Below are positions 26,189 to 38,700 of a stretch of 55,397 nt of DNA, one piece after another. The translations under genes and the position numbers were made by a program. How positions within the stretch are numbered: position 1 is the first letter of the stretch; each line of letters starts with the position of its first letter. This DNA is from Bigelowiella natans CCMP2755 (Eukaryota; Protista; Cercozoa). Under the pieces are notes generated by a model, which saw only the letters and a program-made list of their open reading frames with translations, made no database searches and was not told the origin of the DNA. The stretch covers positions 1 through 55,397 of the forward strand of contig ADNK01000399.1 in the NCBI GenBank assembly GCA_000320545.1, read 5' to 3'.

Positions 26189-29100
26189 ATGGATCGTCCC
26201 AAACCGCCAGTCCATCTTCGGCGGCTGTTGGTTCGTCATTGGCGTCCGCAGCGGCATCGTCGTTATCCGGCGGGACTCCTGCAGCAGTCACGTCGCAGCA
26301 GCAGCAGCAGCAGCAACAACATCCAACGATAAGCAATACTTCAGCAGCAGCAGCTGCTGCCTCTGCAGGTTCTGACGGAAAAACTGGCAGCGGTTCTGCT
26401 TCCGCTGGCGACAGCAGCACCACCACCACCAACAACAACAACAACAACGCCGATTCGAAATCAGAAGAGAAGAATTCCGCTCAAAGTGCCGTGGCCGGTG
26501 GAGCATCGAGTTCTGCGGCCGCCGCTGCTGCTGCCGCAACGGTCGGGGCAAGTACACTAGAAGCACCAGACCCAGAGTACCTTGCGGCCCTCCCAGAAAA
26601 TCTCCGGAGAGAAGTCTTAGCGCAGCACGAGGAGATGAAGAGGAGGCAGGCAAGGCTGACGGATCCCTACCACACATCAAGCGCCCCGCCGCCGCATGTC
26701 CAGGAGATGGACCAGGCCAGCCTCCTCCTCACGCTGCCCGACAACGTGCGCAGGGAGTGGCTGATGTCGCAGGACGAGTCGGTGTTGGCCGAGCTGCCGA
26801 GCTCGATCCTTGCGGAGGCTATGCAGCTCCGAACCCAGAGAACCCGGCCCTATTTAGGGTTTCATTCCCGCCGCGGCAACAGCGCTAGAATTCAGTTTAC
26901 TACAGGCGCTATTCGCGGTGCTGGTGGCAATGGCGGTGGTGCTACTTCTACTAGCAGCAGTAGCGGTGGTAACGGTGGCTCTCAAGGGGCAGCAGAGCGC
27001 AGCAACGAGGCTGCTAAGACCGCAGCGGCGCCGAACGCAAAAGCGGTCTGCCACAATAGGATCTTATGGATTGGCCGCGAAGAGAAGTCCATCATTCCCT
27101 ACGAGCTCGTGCTAGCGCTGGTGAAGCGGCTTTTGGTGTTCAAGTTCTCGGAATTCAGCGCGTTCAACCGCGCGATAAGCGCGACGTGCTCGTATGAGTC
27201 CACGAGGCGTGTCCTGATGCACTCGTTCATGCTCATGCTGCACTTCAAGAACGCGGCAAAGGCAAACAAAAAAACGGCGGCGAGCGGCAAGGCGGAGCGG
27301 GAATCAGGAGGAATCGAGGCGCTGGGGGGAGACGAGTACTGGGGTACCCTGAGAAACTTCGTCGTAAATCTGCCAACCCGGATGATTGGGGACGACGCAG
27401 TGTCTATGGGAGGCACGAATACGTTTCCGGCCCCCCTCCTGGTGGCTAGGATCTTGCAGGTTCTTTTGTTCATGGTCGGGACCCGCCCTCACATGCTGCT
27501 CTACTTCTTCTTCAAGAATGCGTCCGCGGATACGAAATCCGTGTTTGCTGCGAGAAAGAGGGGCTCGCGAAGCAGCAGCCAGCTCTCACCAGCGGCTGCG
27601 GCGGCTGCTGCAAATGCAACGTGGTTGGAGCACATGTTTTCGCTGTACTCGACCTCCCCGTTCTCCTGGAGCTCGAAGCACATGGAGATACTCACGGAAT
27701 TCCTCTGCGCGATCTTGCAGATAAGAAATGAACGCGCAGAGGAACTGAAGAGAAACAGGAAGCGAAAACTGGGATCGTCGTCGTCGTCCTCGTCCTCGTC
27801 GTCCTCAAAGAAAGAGAGCGAACCGAAGGGAAAGAAAGCGAAGACAGGCAAAGACAAAGAGGTAGTAGCACCGGCAACAGATAAGGATGGAAAAGATACC
27901 GCTGCTGATGCTCAGAATAGAATCACGCCAGAAGTCCCGGTTGATCTGAAAATGCCGACGGTGAACGCTACGTACCTGACAGCATTCGTACGAGCCTTCC
28001 AGCGCGAAAACTGCGCCGAGAAGGTATTTAACATGGCGGTGAAAATCGCGCGGTATCTCGCCGAGGTCGAGGAAAATAAAATCGCGCTTTTGAAGGAAAT
28101 CGGCCAGACGACTCGGAACCTGACCAAGGAAATAGACTTGAGCCTCAAGGACTACATTGGCGGCATGTCAACTTCTCCGAGTGATGCAGATTACGCCCTG
28201 ATGAAGTTTGGGGGCTCCCTGTACAAGCTGCACGGACGCCAAGCAAGGCTCCTTCGTCTGGTGAACTTCCTCGATTCCATGGGGCTCCTTCAACCTGCTG
28301 AAGAAAGCAAGGAAGAAGCTAAAAAGGACGACGAAGCCAAGGCTGATGCAACTAGCGAAGGAAAAGAAGGACGGGGAACCAGGAAACGGGGGAAGAGGGA
28401 GAAGAGGATGGACGTTGAAAGCAGCAGCTCGAGTACCCGCTCAGCAGCAACAGGGGGCGCGAGGTTGGGTCGATTGATGCCCGAGGTTGCGATGATCGTC
28501 CCCTCGATGCAGGTCTTATGGAACACACTCGACACGTACCTGTTGAAGCTTGTTCCTCCGAAAACGCAGGACGAAAAGACCTCGGCTCCTTTGAGGAACG
28601 GGAAGAAAAATGCGCCGCACGGCACGAAGCGATCCGCCGATGGCAAAGCGCTGCCGTCATCTCCCAATAGGGTCGGCGGCGGCGGCAAGCTAGAGAGGAA
28701 GTTCAAACAGTCCCCCACCACGCCCAAAACGCGGAGTTCGCTGCGTCGCAGGAAGAGCCTGGAGGGGAGTGCTGCCAGGGGCAAAAGCACTCCATCCTCC
28801 TCGGCGAAAGCGACAAAGTCGTCGTCGTCGTCGTCCTTAGCGACGGTAGAACGAGTGGATATTGAAGAAGATGACGCTGACATCTCACAGCTCCTTCAGC
28901 TCCAACCCCTGATTGAGTGCTACTTCGTCGTCAATTCGCCAAAGACTCAGGAGGCAATGAAATCCGAGAGGTTTCGGGAATTCAGAGAGTTCACACACGC
29001 GCACCGGAAGATCTTGAACATCTTCTGCCAGAAGAAGCCCAGTTTAATGAAGCGCTCGATGAAGAGTCTCTTGTGGCACCCGAAGAAAATTCTCAACTTC

Positions 29101-30246
29101 CACAACAAACACATCCACTTCCTTTCCGAGATCCGAAAGCAGCGCCAGCAGTACGGGCACTTGCCATCGCTGCGGGTCCTGGTGAGGAGGAAACGCTTCT
29201 TTTTCGAGGATTCGTATCACCAAATCAAGGATCGCAGCGTGCAGGAATTGAAACGGCCGGTCACAGTCAAGTTCTACGGCGAGGCTGGCGTGGACGCCGG
29301 GGGATTGACCAGGGAATGGTTCTTGCTTCTGTCCCGCGAAATCTTCAACCCCGGGTACTGCCTATTCACTCCCGCTGCGGACAACGCCAACGTGTTTCAG
29401 CCCAACCCGAATTCGTACGTGAACCCGGACCACCTGGACTACTTCAAGTTCGTCGGCCGCTTCGTCGGGAAGGCCATCTACGACCAGCAGCTCCTCGACG
29501 CGTACTTCACACGCTCCTTCTACAAGCACATGCTGGGCATGAAGCCCTCGCTTTCGGACATCGAGTCCATCGATCCTGCGTACTACAAGAGCCTCAAATG
29601 GATCAGCCAGAACAACATCGACGGCCAAGGCTTGTGCATGACGTTCACCCTGGAGGACACGGTGTTTGGGAAGCAGGTCGTCTACGAGTTGAAGAAGGAC
29701 GGTAAGGACATCGAGGTCACAGACGCTAACAAGGAGGAATACCTCCAGCTGATCGCGGAAAAGAAGCTGACAAAGAGCATCCAAGGCCAAATCGATGCTT
29801 TTTTGAAAGGATTTCGCGAGATAATAGATCCAAAGCTCCTCTCGATTTTCAACGAGCAGGAGCTTGAGCTCCTCATATGCGGCCTCCCCGACATCGACGT
29901 GAACGACCTCAAAGCCAACACGGAGTACAAGGGGATACCGTCGTCGTCGCAGTTGATCCAGTGGTTCTGGGAGGTCGTCGACGACATGACCCAGGAGGAA
30001 AAGGCGAATCTTGTGCAGTTCGTCACTGGGACCTCGAAGGTCCCCATCAATGGGTTCAAAAGCCTTCAGGGGATGAACGGCACGCAGAGGTTCCAAATTC
30101 ACAAGGCGAGTGGAAAAGATCGGTTGCCTACGGCGCACACATGCTTCAACCAACTCGATCTCCCCGATTATTCCTCCCTGAAATCGATGCGGAAGAACAT
30201 CTTGCTCGCTATTCGGGAGGGCGCAGAGGGTTTTGCGTTTAGATGA
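16729..30246 (+). CDS. HUWE1: HECT E3 ubiquitin ligase of the HUWE1/Tom1/UPL1 family
   Basis: N-terminus MKIDTKLLQK, then DUF908-type WSWGK|ADLTKW...ILRFTELLLKNC..RLYNSHE. UBA domain LVSMGFRKSLAIHALRKNRYNLQFAMEWL (~21290-21390). Acidic tract. Three UBM/DUF4414-like motifs (IDPFFLAALPPELQAEIL, DPEYLAALPENLRREVL, LLTLPDNVRREWL). C-terminal HECT with GEAGVDAGGLTREWF and catalytic LPTAHTCFNQLDLP, ending EGAEGFAFR*. Three very large 3' exons (~18596-22367, ~22521-25622, ~25817-30246). Confidence 0.95.
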
Positions 30247-30359
30247 ACTAGAGTAGGCATTTAGTTGGCACACTTGGGACAAGCTGAGCGAAGTAACATC
30301 CATTCGGTTTCGCTAATATTCTTTGTGTCATCAGGGCTTGAGATGGATTAGTCAAATAT

Positions 30360-31140
30360 TAGTCACGCTCTAGCAAATGTATTATTGAAGTAAACCCGCT
30401 GAGCGTATGTCTAGACTTTATCATAAATTGTATGTCACATGCTAGCATGTTTCTACAAGTAGTGGCAACGCACACTGCTGAATGATGCAACATGCGTATG
30501 CGGTCACTTTGTGCCTCTATGTACATGCTAGATATGGCTTAGTTCGTAGCCTTACATTATTACATGATCTAAATTATGTACTACATGCTAGCATGTCTGA
30601 CATGTCACGCATAGCTAGATAGGCCAGGTGATTCTAGATTTCACGGCCGTACACACGGTGGACATAAGCACATTGTCGCAGTCGTCCTGCTGGGATCGTA
30701 TCGATAATTCGCAAATGCATATCGCTAAGTATGCTAGTATGTAGTCAGTACTAGAGTACATAGCTAGATAGCTACACTAAATCAGCATGAGGTGCATAGG
30801 CTTCATCTAGTGCAGATCTAGACGAGCACACACCTTTAGATCTAGAGATCCATGTGCTACATGCTAGCATGCCACTAAGAACTGTGCGCGTCGTGCATTG
30901 CGACAGCAGTGTTCATTTGTTAGCATTACATGTACACAGCCGCCCTAGCTAGCTAGCGCTATATATTTGCAGACGTGTGTAGATGCACATGGCCGAAGCA
31001 AAACATGCAACTGATTAAGATATGTACATCATCGCATGGCGCGAGGCTGCACTGCTCACATGGCCTGCGAAATGCATCCGCGTAAATACACACGTCTCCT
31101 CTAAGCTTTATTATTAATTTAGCTAGAGAACAGACAAGGT
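30360..31140. other. Palindrome-rich intergenic island C
   Basis: CATGCTAGCATG at 30438, 30584 and 30860; (CTAG)3 at ~30946. Lies between the convergent HECT and DUF1764 genes. Confidence 0.85.
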
Positions 31141-31346
31141 ACATTCTGGTTCTAATAATGGATTCCGAGGATTCCGAAATATTTTACCTTATTTTGAGGT
31201 AATATACGTGATTTATGGTGTATGTTCACTGAACATGAAAATGTAAAACCTTTTTACAATAATTATGATACCAATTAGATGTCCTAGTATTTCGGTAGCT
31301 CTGATATGGCTACTGATTTGCGCGAGTGAAATGTACATTTCTCTTT

Positions 31347-31731
31347 CTAAACACAGCATTCACAATCTATTGGGCACAATGGAGTCCCTCCTCCCCCTTT
31401 GTTCTTTGAATGCAAACCCTACATGATTAGATCTGTTAAGTATGGTCCAAACAAAAAATAACAAAAATGCACCTTGAATATCCGCAACCCGTCACCTGTC
31501 TTCCGTCCAGTCCAGCCCTTTTAAATGTCAATCAAGAGATAGAACTGTGAAATAAAAATGAAACAGTAGTATTGTTCAAAGAAGGTATTCGGTACTTCTT
31601 GATCATAGACTCCACCAAGGCCGTCATCAATCCAGACTACATTCGAAGCCCCTCCTTTCTTAGCACTCTTTTCCAGCTGAGCCTTAGCTGTCTGATGTGC
31701 AAGATCAGCAGCCGCCTATGATATATACACA

Positions 31732-31785
<54 letters not shown>

Positions 31786-32731
31786 CACGCTCTCAACAAA
31801 GTTGTGTGTGTGTATGTGTGTAGCCGAATTCGTAGAGACAAAATCTTGAAGCAGCTTTATATTTTGAGTTTTTTTTCACAACACCTTTTTTGGATCATAT
31901 GAGGCCATACATTTCCTACAAGCGTCCCAATCGCAGGTCCGACAGCCAAACATCCATGTTCCCTTAATGAAGGCTAGTTTAAATTAAATGCACAACCATT
32001 GCGCAGGAAAACTTGGAACCTTCGGGAGATTCTTGATTTTGCAAAGATCGCAGTAAAATCCTGCATGGGACGTGCGCATTGGATTCACACGGTGACCTAT
32101 AATGAAGGATAAGGTGATGTACAGCCTAAGGATTATTTTTAGACACAACAAGAAAGCGTCTCTCCAGTTCACATGCTGCGGCCTACCTCCTGGGCATTTC
32201 TTCGTGTTCGCAAGTGAAGCCATATTCTGAAGACAAGAAACGAATTCCTCACTTGCTCACAAGATTAAGGAATCGGACTAATTACCTGACGAGCCTCCTG
32301 CTTCCCGCTGGAAAATATATCACCAATGTCGTTCTTGGCCTTCTTTGGTGTTGAGAGAACACACAAACACACACACACACACGCACACACACACGCACGC
32401 ACACATTTTGGTCTATACTCGAAATAACGCATTAGTCTTTTCGAAGACAAACCTTTTTATTATTATTCTTTGATTTCATTTCTGACTTCGTGGTCTCGGA
32501 AGGGCTAGAATCTGTGCCAATCTCAGCGCTGCTTTTCGAATGAAGCTTTGCCTTTTCGTCACCTTTACTGCTACGATCGACGCTTCGAATCTTCTCAAAA
32601 AGAAGGAAGTCCTCATCCTCGGATTCATCATCAAGGGCCTCTCCACTGGGTGAACGGCTCTGGTTTGCCTTTTTCCTCTTCATCACCCTTTTCCCAGGCG
32701 AGGTGGTCCTGGCCCGCTTGCTGAACGACAT
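31347..32731 (-). CDS. DUF1764-family protein with an internal Cys-rich zinc finger
   Basis: Spliced motifs NDIGDIFS, DDGLGGVYDQE|GWTGRKTGDGLRIFK and C-terminal GGGTPLCPIDCECCV* are typical of DUF1764. Internal CPGGH...FYCDLC...MFGCRTCDWDACRKC. Start codon uncertain. Confidence 0.75.
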
Positions 32732-33873
32732 CTTCGGGCCGTCGGCCGGCACGGAAGAAATACAATAAAATAATGTGGAAGATGTCAGTACCCGTCAGTA
32801 CCCGTTGGTGGACTTGATTGACGGCTGTCACCCATCATAAGTACATCAACCATCAATCGTCTCTATCTGCTTTTTAGTCTCTTCTATGCTCTCTTTTTCC
32901 TCGTTTTACGCTGAAATCCCAGAGCACTTTTGTCCTACCTCGGGTTAGTCGTCTCGGATCCGGGGACTTCCTAGGACTTCCGGGCTTTCTCCAGCAGGCA
33001 AGTGCCTTGCAGAAGATCTCATTATTCCACTCGCTCGACCAATTTCCCCCACAGCGACATGAACAAGGAAAGACCCAAGCCCTCACAAAATTCTGCACGT
33101 AAGAGGATAAATGGACTAATTTTCACCGAATCGCGAGCAACAAGCAGTAAATTATTGAAAAAAGAATCCCTTTTAGCTTTTCGGAAAACCTACGACCCTC
33201 ATAGATATTACTCCATAAAAATATTTAGATTACTTATTTTGTGCAGATCCCGGTCTGGGAGCAAAATCTCCTTTGAATTGCTTAAACGACATCATTCATA
33301 AGGAGTTTTACTTGACAATTTACTTGACACACCCACAAAAATAAGCGGCCTTTCAGCGAGTTGACCAGCAGAAGAGAAAGAAAAGGAAAGAGAGAGAGAG
33401 TAACAGAAAGAGAGAGATCTGAAAGTGACCTACAGGCAATTTTTAATCGGTGATATATCCCATAATTTTGACTGAAAAGAGAGATAGAAGAGAGTGGTTA
33501 GAGACACAAAAAGAGATGAAGTACTACCACACCTGAGAGGAGAAAGTGGAGTCCCCCCAGCCCTCTCGTCTCCTCAAAACGGAAGGTACAATTTCCATCC
33601 CACATCCGTTCCTTTTCAAAATAAGAACTTTGATTCGAAATACCCCCTATCATTTGAAACTGAAGTTGGATTTTGGTAGAATGAACGTTTTCCTCACGAA
33701 CTATTCTTCTTCAAATATGTTAGGCTCCGATTGGTGTGGTGGTGGTAGCTTCGGGGAAACATCCCTCCCCATCTTCACACACCCTTATTACATCGAACTA
33801 TAAACAATAGAACCCACCCTGATAGGTTCTAAGGGATAAATTAGTTCGCGGGGGGTGGGAAGCGGTAATCAAC

Positions 33874-35717
33874 ATGCAGGCTCTCATGATGGCCGCTTTG
33901 TCGGCCGAGAAGGTACCGTGCAGGCCTGAGGAGGATGAGACTGGAAGGAACCCAAAAAAGTATGAGAAAGAATATTATAACACAACGGTGAAACGGGAGG
34001 ACCGCGTAGATGGCTCCGGATTCAAAAGATCGCAACACATGGAGCCTGAGCATACGCAGCAGTATACGTTCGCTGGCTGGAGTCAGTACTATAGGGTGGT
34101 AAACCAAGACGGAATCCGCTTCCGAAAAGCACCAGATGTTGATGCTGTTGTGGAGGGTAAATTATTTTCCCCGCCTCCCCCCACCCTTTTGATTCCGACC
34201 CACAGTGTTTTCCAAATGTTCAAGCGAATCATCTCGTACATCTTCCCGTTCTCACCACATCTTGTCAAAATTGGAAACCTTGAAAAAGCCTGACAATTTC
34301 GTACTTGAGTTTCCTATTGATAACCTTACCAAAAAATAAAAACACAACGAAAAACAAGTGGTTTTCTTCCTCGAGGAAACATCGTGCACCTTCTATGTTG
34401 TGTTCTGTGTTCTACAGTTTTGTGTGAAACTGTTCACGCTCCTCACCTCAAAAATATTATAGAATCACCTTAGAGCTTATCAAGATTTTCATATATAGTT
34501 AGGAACGGCAACATCTTCGAAAAATGTTTCAACTGTTGTGTCATCCGCATTTTCACGTTCGTGTGTGATGTGTTTGTGTTCGGAATGTCAAAACGATGAT
34601 TTAGGGGGGCTTGGCGTTCCTTCGGGGAAACTGATAGAGACATGCGAACCGACGAGGGAAGACTTGGAAGAGATCGAGAGAATACAGAGTGGCAGACGGT
34701 GGAGAAATGATAACCAAAGAGTTTGCACTGGATGGGTGCGGGTTAGGCCACACGGTTACTGGCTACCTACTGCTATGTACGGGAGAAAAGTTCTCGAGGT
34801 ATGTATTCCACGACACGTTAGGCCAAAATTTTGTCGCGGTTTTGCGACAGGTATAAATGAGACTAGAGAGGGGTTGCTGCCAATGAAAGCATGTCCATTC
34901 TTTAGGCTGTACAGGTTGTTTCTGAACGAGCTGAGACCAATGATGGGCAACCGCAACGGCCAAAGCCAAGAGGACTTCAAAGAACTCCCAGTCTACTCAA
35001 CGCTGCTGAAGGGTGACGATACACAATTCTTATAGGGTGTTAAAAGATCACACGTGAAGTTCAAAATTAGTCCTTCAACCCAACACTCAACACTCTCTAA
35101 GAAGCTGATTTCTATTGGTTTTCGATAATCAGACTGTTAACAGTAAGGGAGAACGAAGTGCAACAACGAATAAGAAAATTTGAGAGAGGTAGTGGCCAGG
35201 ATAATGGAGTCCGTTACTATGATTCCTCGAAATCTCGTTCTTCGGGGAACACCGGAGATTCAAAGAAGTCGGGGCTCATAAATAGCGGCAAATCTGGTTC
35301 AAATGTTGCATCCAAGCCCGCGAGCAGTCCGTCTACTTCTGGGGGTAGAAACAAGCGCCAGAGAACGTACAACAACAAGAATCTGCTGAAGCGCCCGAAG
35401 CAGCCAAAGACTGCGTACAACTTTTATCAGGTATGTCATCGTTAGGTTGAGCCGTGCCTTCCACATGTCTTGACTAGTTTGATGATGATGGGAACGCCTT
35501 CTTGAATATGTGAATGTCAGCTTGCGGTCCGTAACGAAATAAGCCAGGAGCTCAAGAAGAGTTTCATCTTATCGAGCCCAGATGGAAGTGGAGAATTGAG
35601 CCAGGAGAAACTCAACCAAGAAGTTATGCGGGCCATCGGGAAACGATGGCGTGCCCTTGAGAAGGAAGAAAGACAGAGATATCAAGTCATATACACACAA
35701 ACACAACACACTCACAC

Positions 35718-35761
<44 letters not shown>

Positions 35762-38700
35762 AACACAAACACAAACACGTACACGCAAAAACCAACTGCT
35801 GCGTGGCTACTTTCCACCCCCACCCATCCTTCAGGCCATGGCCGACAAGGACTCTGAAAGATACCAGAACGAGCTGGGGAGTCTAAAGCAAGCCTATGTT
35901 GAGCTAGGACTTCCTTTCCCGCCATCTCCAAGCCCACGACTCGGAGCATCGGGTCGAAAATCTAAGACCCCGCGTATACGGAGATCACCGGCAGTACACG
36001 GGGCAAATGTCCCTGTTCCCACCCCAATGTCTCTATCGGATGGGGAAACTCTAGAAACACCAAACCGGGGGGGCGGGGAAGGAAGAAGACGAGGTAGGGC
36101 AAGGCGAGCAGATGTTGCATCCATGGCAATACACGGGCGTTCCTTAAAAGACCACAACCTCAAACAGCAGCAGCGAGAGAAAAGTGTCGTCAGCAGCAGC
36201 AGCAGCAGCGGTGGCCGCGGTCCTCGTATTCCACGATCTCACCAGTCACACGTTTTCCCCTCTCCAAGGGCAGCAACAAGTCGCCATCATCGGAACGACG
36301 AGAAGCAGCTGCTAAGAACTGTTCCCGGCTCCTCCACCACTAACGATAATACCCTCTCCTCCTCCTCCTCCTCGACCTCATTCCAGGTGGATTTAAAGTC
36401 AGAGAAACAACAAGGCTCCAAGAGGACTAGCAGCAGTACAGAAAGGGCTTCAGCCGTCGTCGCTGCTGCGAGTAATACAATTGCTGGGTCACGCAGTCTA
36501 CGGCCGAGAAATGCAGCTAAGAAAAGAGACAAAGATAGCTACTACTCTGATGACGAGGAGTACGCTGGAGGATTTGAACAGCGCAGTAGCAGTAGCAGTA
36601 AGAGATCCAAAAGGGCGAAGCGCGTAGCTGCTGCAAACGGCGCCACAGCTTCTCGCTCATCATCATCCCGTAGTGGTGGGAGGCAGCAAATAGAGGGCGC
36701 GAGCAGAAATGCCCGTGGAACTGGAGGAGCATCGAAGTCATCAGTGCCGGGCGAGTCATCGTCAAGTGGCGGTAGTGGTGGTGGAAGCCGTAAAAGGGCC
36801 TCCTCATCTTCGTCCTCGAAAGGAGGAGGAACGCCCGTGAGAAATCGGCGCGGCAGAAACGAGGCTCTGCTTCCTTGCCCCAAATGCAATGCGAGTGATC
36901 GCAGCATACGCAATGGGTGGAGCCGAATGCAGGCTTCGCGAAGTAGAGAGCGGAAGAATCGCAATAGCATCTACGAGGGTGCCGCTGGAAAAGATGGGCG
37001 CGTGCAACGGTTCCGTTGTCGCCGCTGCAATTTAGATTACCGTGCTGTAGCCCCTCCTGGAGCTCCTCCACCTCCCGAAGGCTCACCCATGACCTTCTCT
37101 ATAACGCTGTCGCAGCTGATGGCTTCTGGGAAGAAGGTGGGGACTACGGCAGGGAAGAAGGGCTCTAGCTCTGGGGGGAAAGGGGGTGGCAGTGGTAAAC
37201 CGGGTAGGGATACTAAAAAGGGAGGAGGAGGAGGGGGAGGAGGCTCGAAGCCCCAAAGCAAGACTCCCAAAACCCCGAAAACTCCGAAAACCCCGAAAAC
37301 CCCGAAAACGACATCTAAGCAAAAGAATCATGGTAGAGCGACGATGATAATAACGCCAAAGTCCGCTCCTGCACGTACCAGCAGGAGTCGGAAAAGGCCT
37401 CGAAGTCTCCCTGATGAGAAGGCGCCGACGACAACGAGCAGTAGAGCTAGGAGAAGATCGGCTGCCAAGGACAACAGCGGTAAAGGATGGAAATGCGCTG
37501 TCTGCACACTCGTAAACGCAAAAGAGAAGGTAATTGACCAGACAACACACATCCGCAAAATATATCACTCAGCCTCTTTGATTCTTTAATGATTTTGTGT
37601 CCCTTCTTTGCATTGCATCGTTGTTGCATCACTTTGTGACATTGCCACCGACCACACATATACCCTGTCTATAGTCTATGTCGAGCTCTTGTGTGGGGGT
37701 TGGTTGTTATAGCAGTATCCAAAAAAAGAAGAAAAAGAAAACAATGCGATTACACCACGGTGTACCGCCGTACGGTTGTATTCTCGATGCTCTTTCGCAC
37801 TGATCACCTTATTATTCTTATTGTGTTCCATTTGCGCAGCTTATTTGCCCTGCGTGCGGTTGGAAGAAGCCACGGAACCAGAAGTCACCCACCTTGCTCT
37901 CCCCCGTCGTTTCAACGCAGAAGAAACAATGGAAACAGGCCAAGCAGAAAGGAGTAGAGAGTGATGACGACGAAGACGAAGGCGATGACACGGCAGCTGA
38001 AGTAGAAGCAGCTACAGCAGAGCAAACGTCTTCTTCATCGTCTAGACCGCGTAAAAGCAGCAGCAGGAGGAGGCTGACGACCAAAACCGAAAACCACCAC
38101 CACCATCAGCAGCAGCAAGAAGGAAGGATGGAAGAGGATGCGCAACTTGCGTCTGGTGCGAATGCGGACATGAAACAAGTAGCGACGACAAGGACGGCGG
38201 CGACGACGACGGCGGCAAAAAAGAGGAAAGCGGCAGCGAACGGAGAGCCGCCTCAAAGGAGGAGGAGGAGCTCTAGGGCCACAGCAGCCGCGACAACCGC
38301 CAGGAAAAATAACACTGCTGCTGCCAATAGCGATAACACCACCTCGAATACCAGCGGCAGCAACATCAGCAGCAGTAGTGGCGAGAGGAAAGCGACGACG
38401 ACACGGTTACGGCAGCAGCCTCAACAAACAGCTTCCGAGGCAGCAGCAACCTCCACCATTACTACTAGAAAAACACGATCTCTTAGTTCTGGATCATTGG
38501 CTACGGCCGCGGCGGCCGCAGCAACTGGAGGTAGGCGTTCGCGTGCGCGCGGAAAGGATCCTGGGTACAGTGAGGGGCAAAAGGTGCAGGTGAAATGGTG
38601 CTCAACATGGTATAATGTTCGGCTTGACGGGCCCATTCTCAGCCGGAAAGGTAGTCACGGAGCGATGAGCGTACACGTGCTATCGGTGTAGTTGTGGGTG

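Noticed and set aside
28917-30303. Long alternative-frame and antisense ORFs (262 aa +, 313 aa -) over the HECT domain
   Set aside because: These are shadow ORFs expected from GC3-rich codon bias in a highly conserved coding region, with no recognisable motifs.
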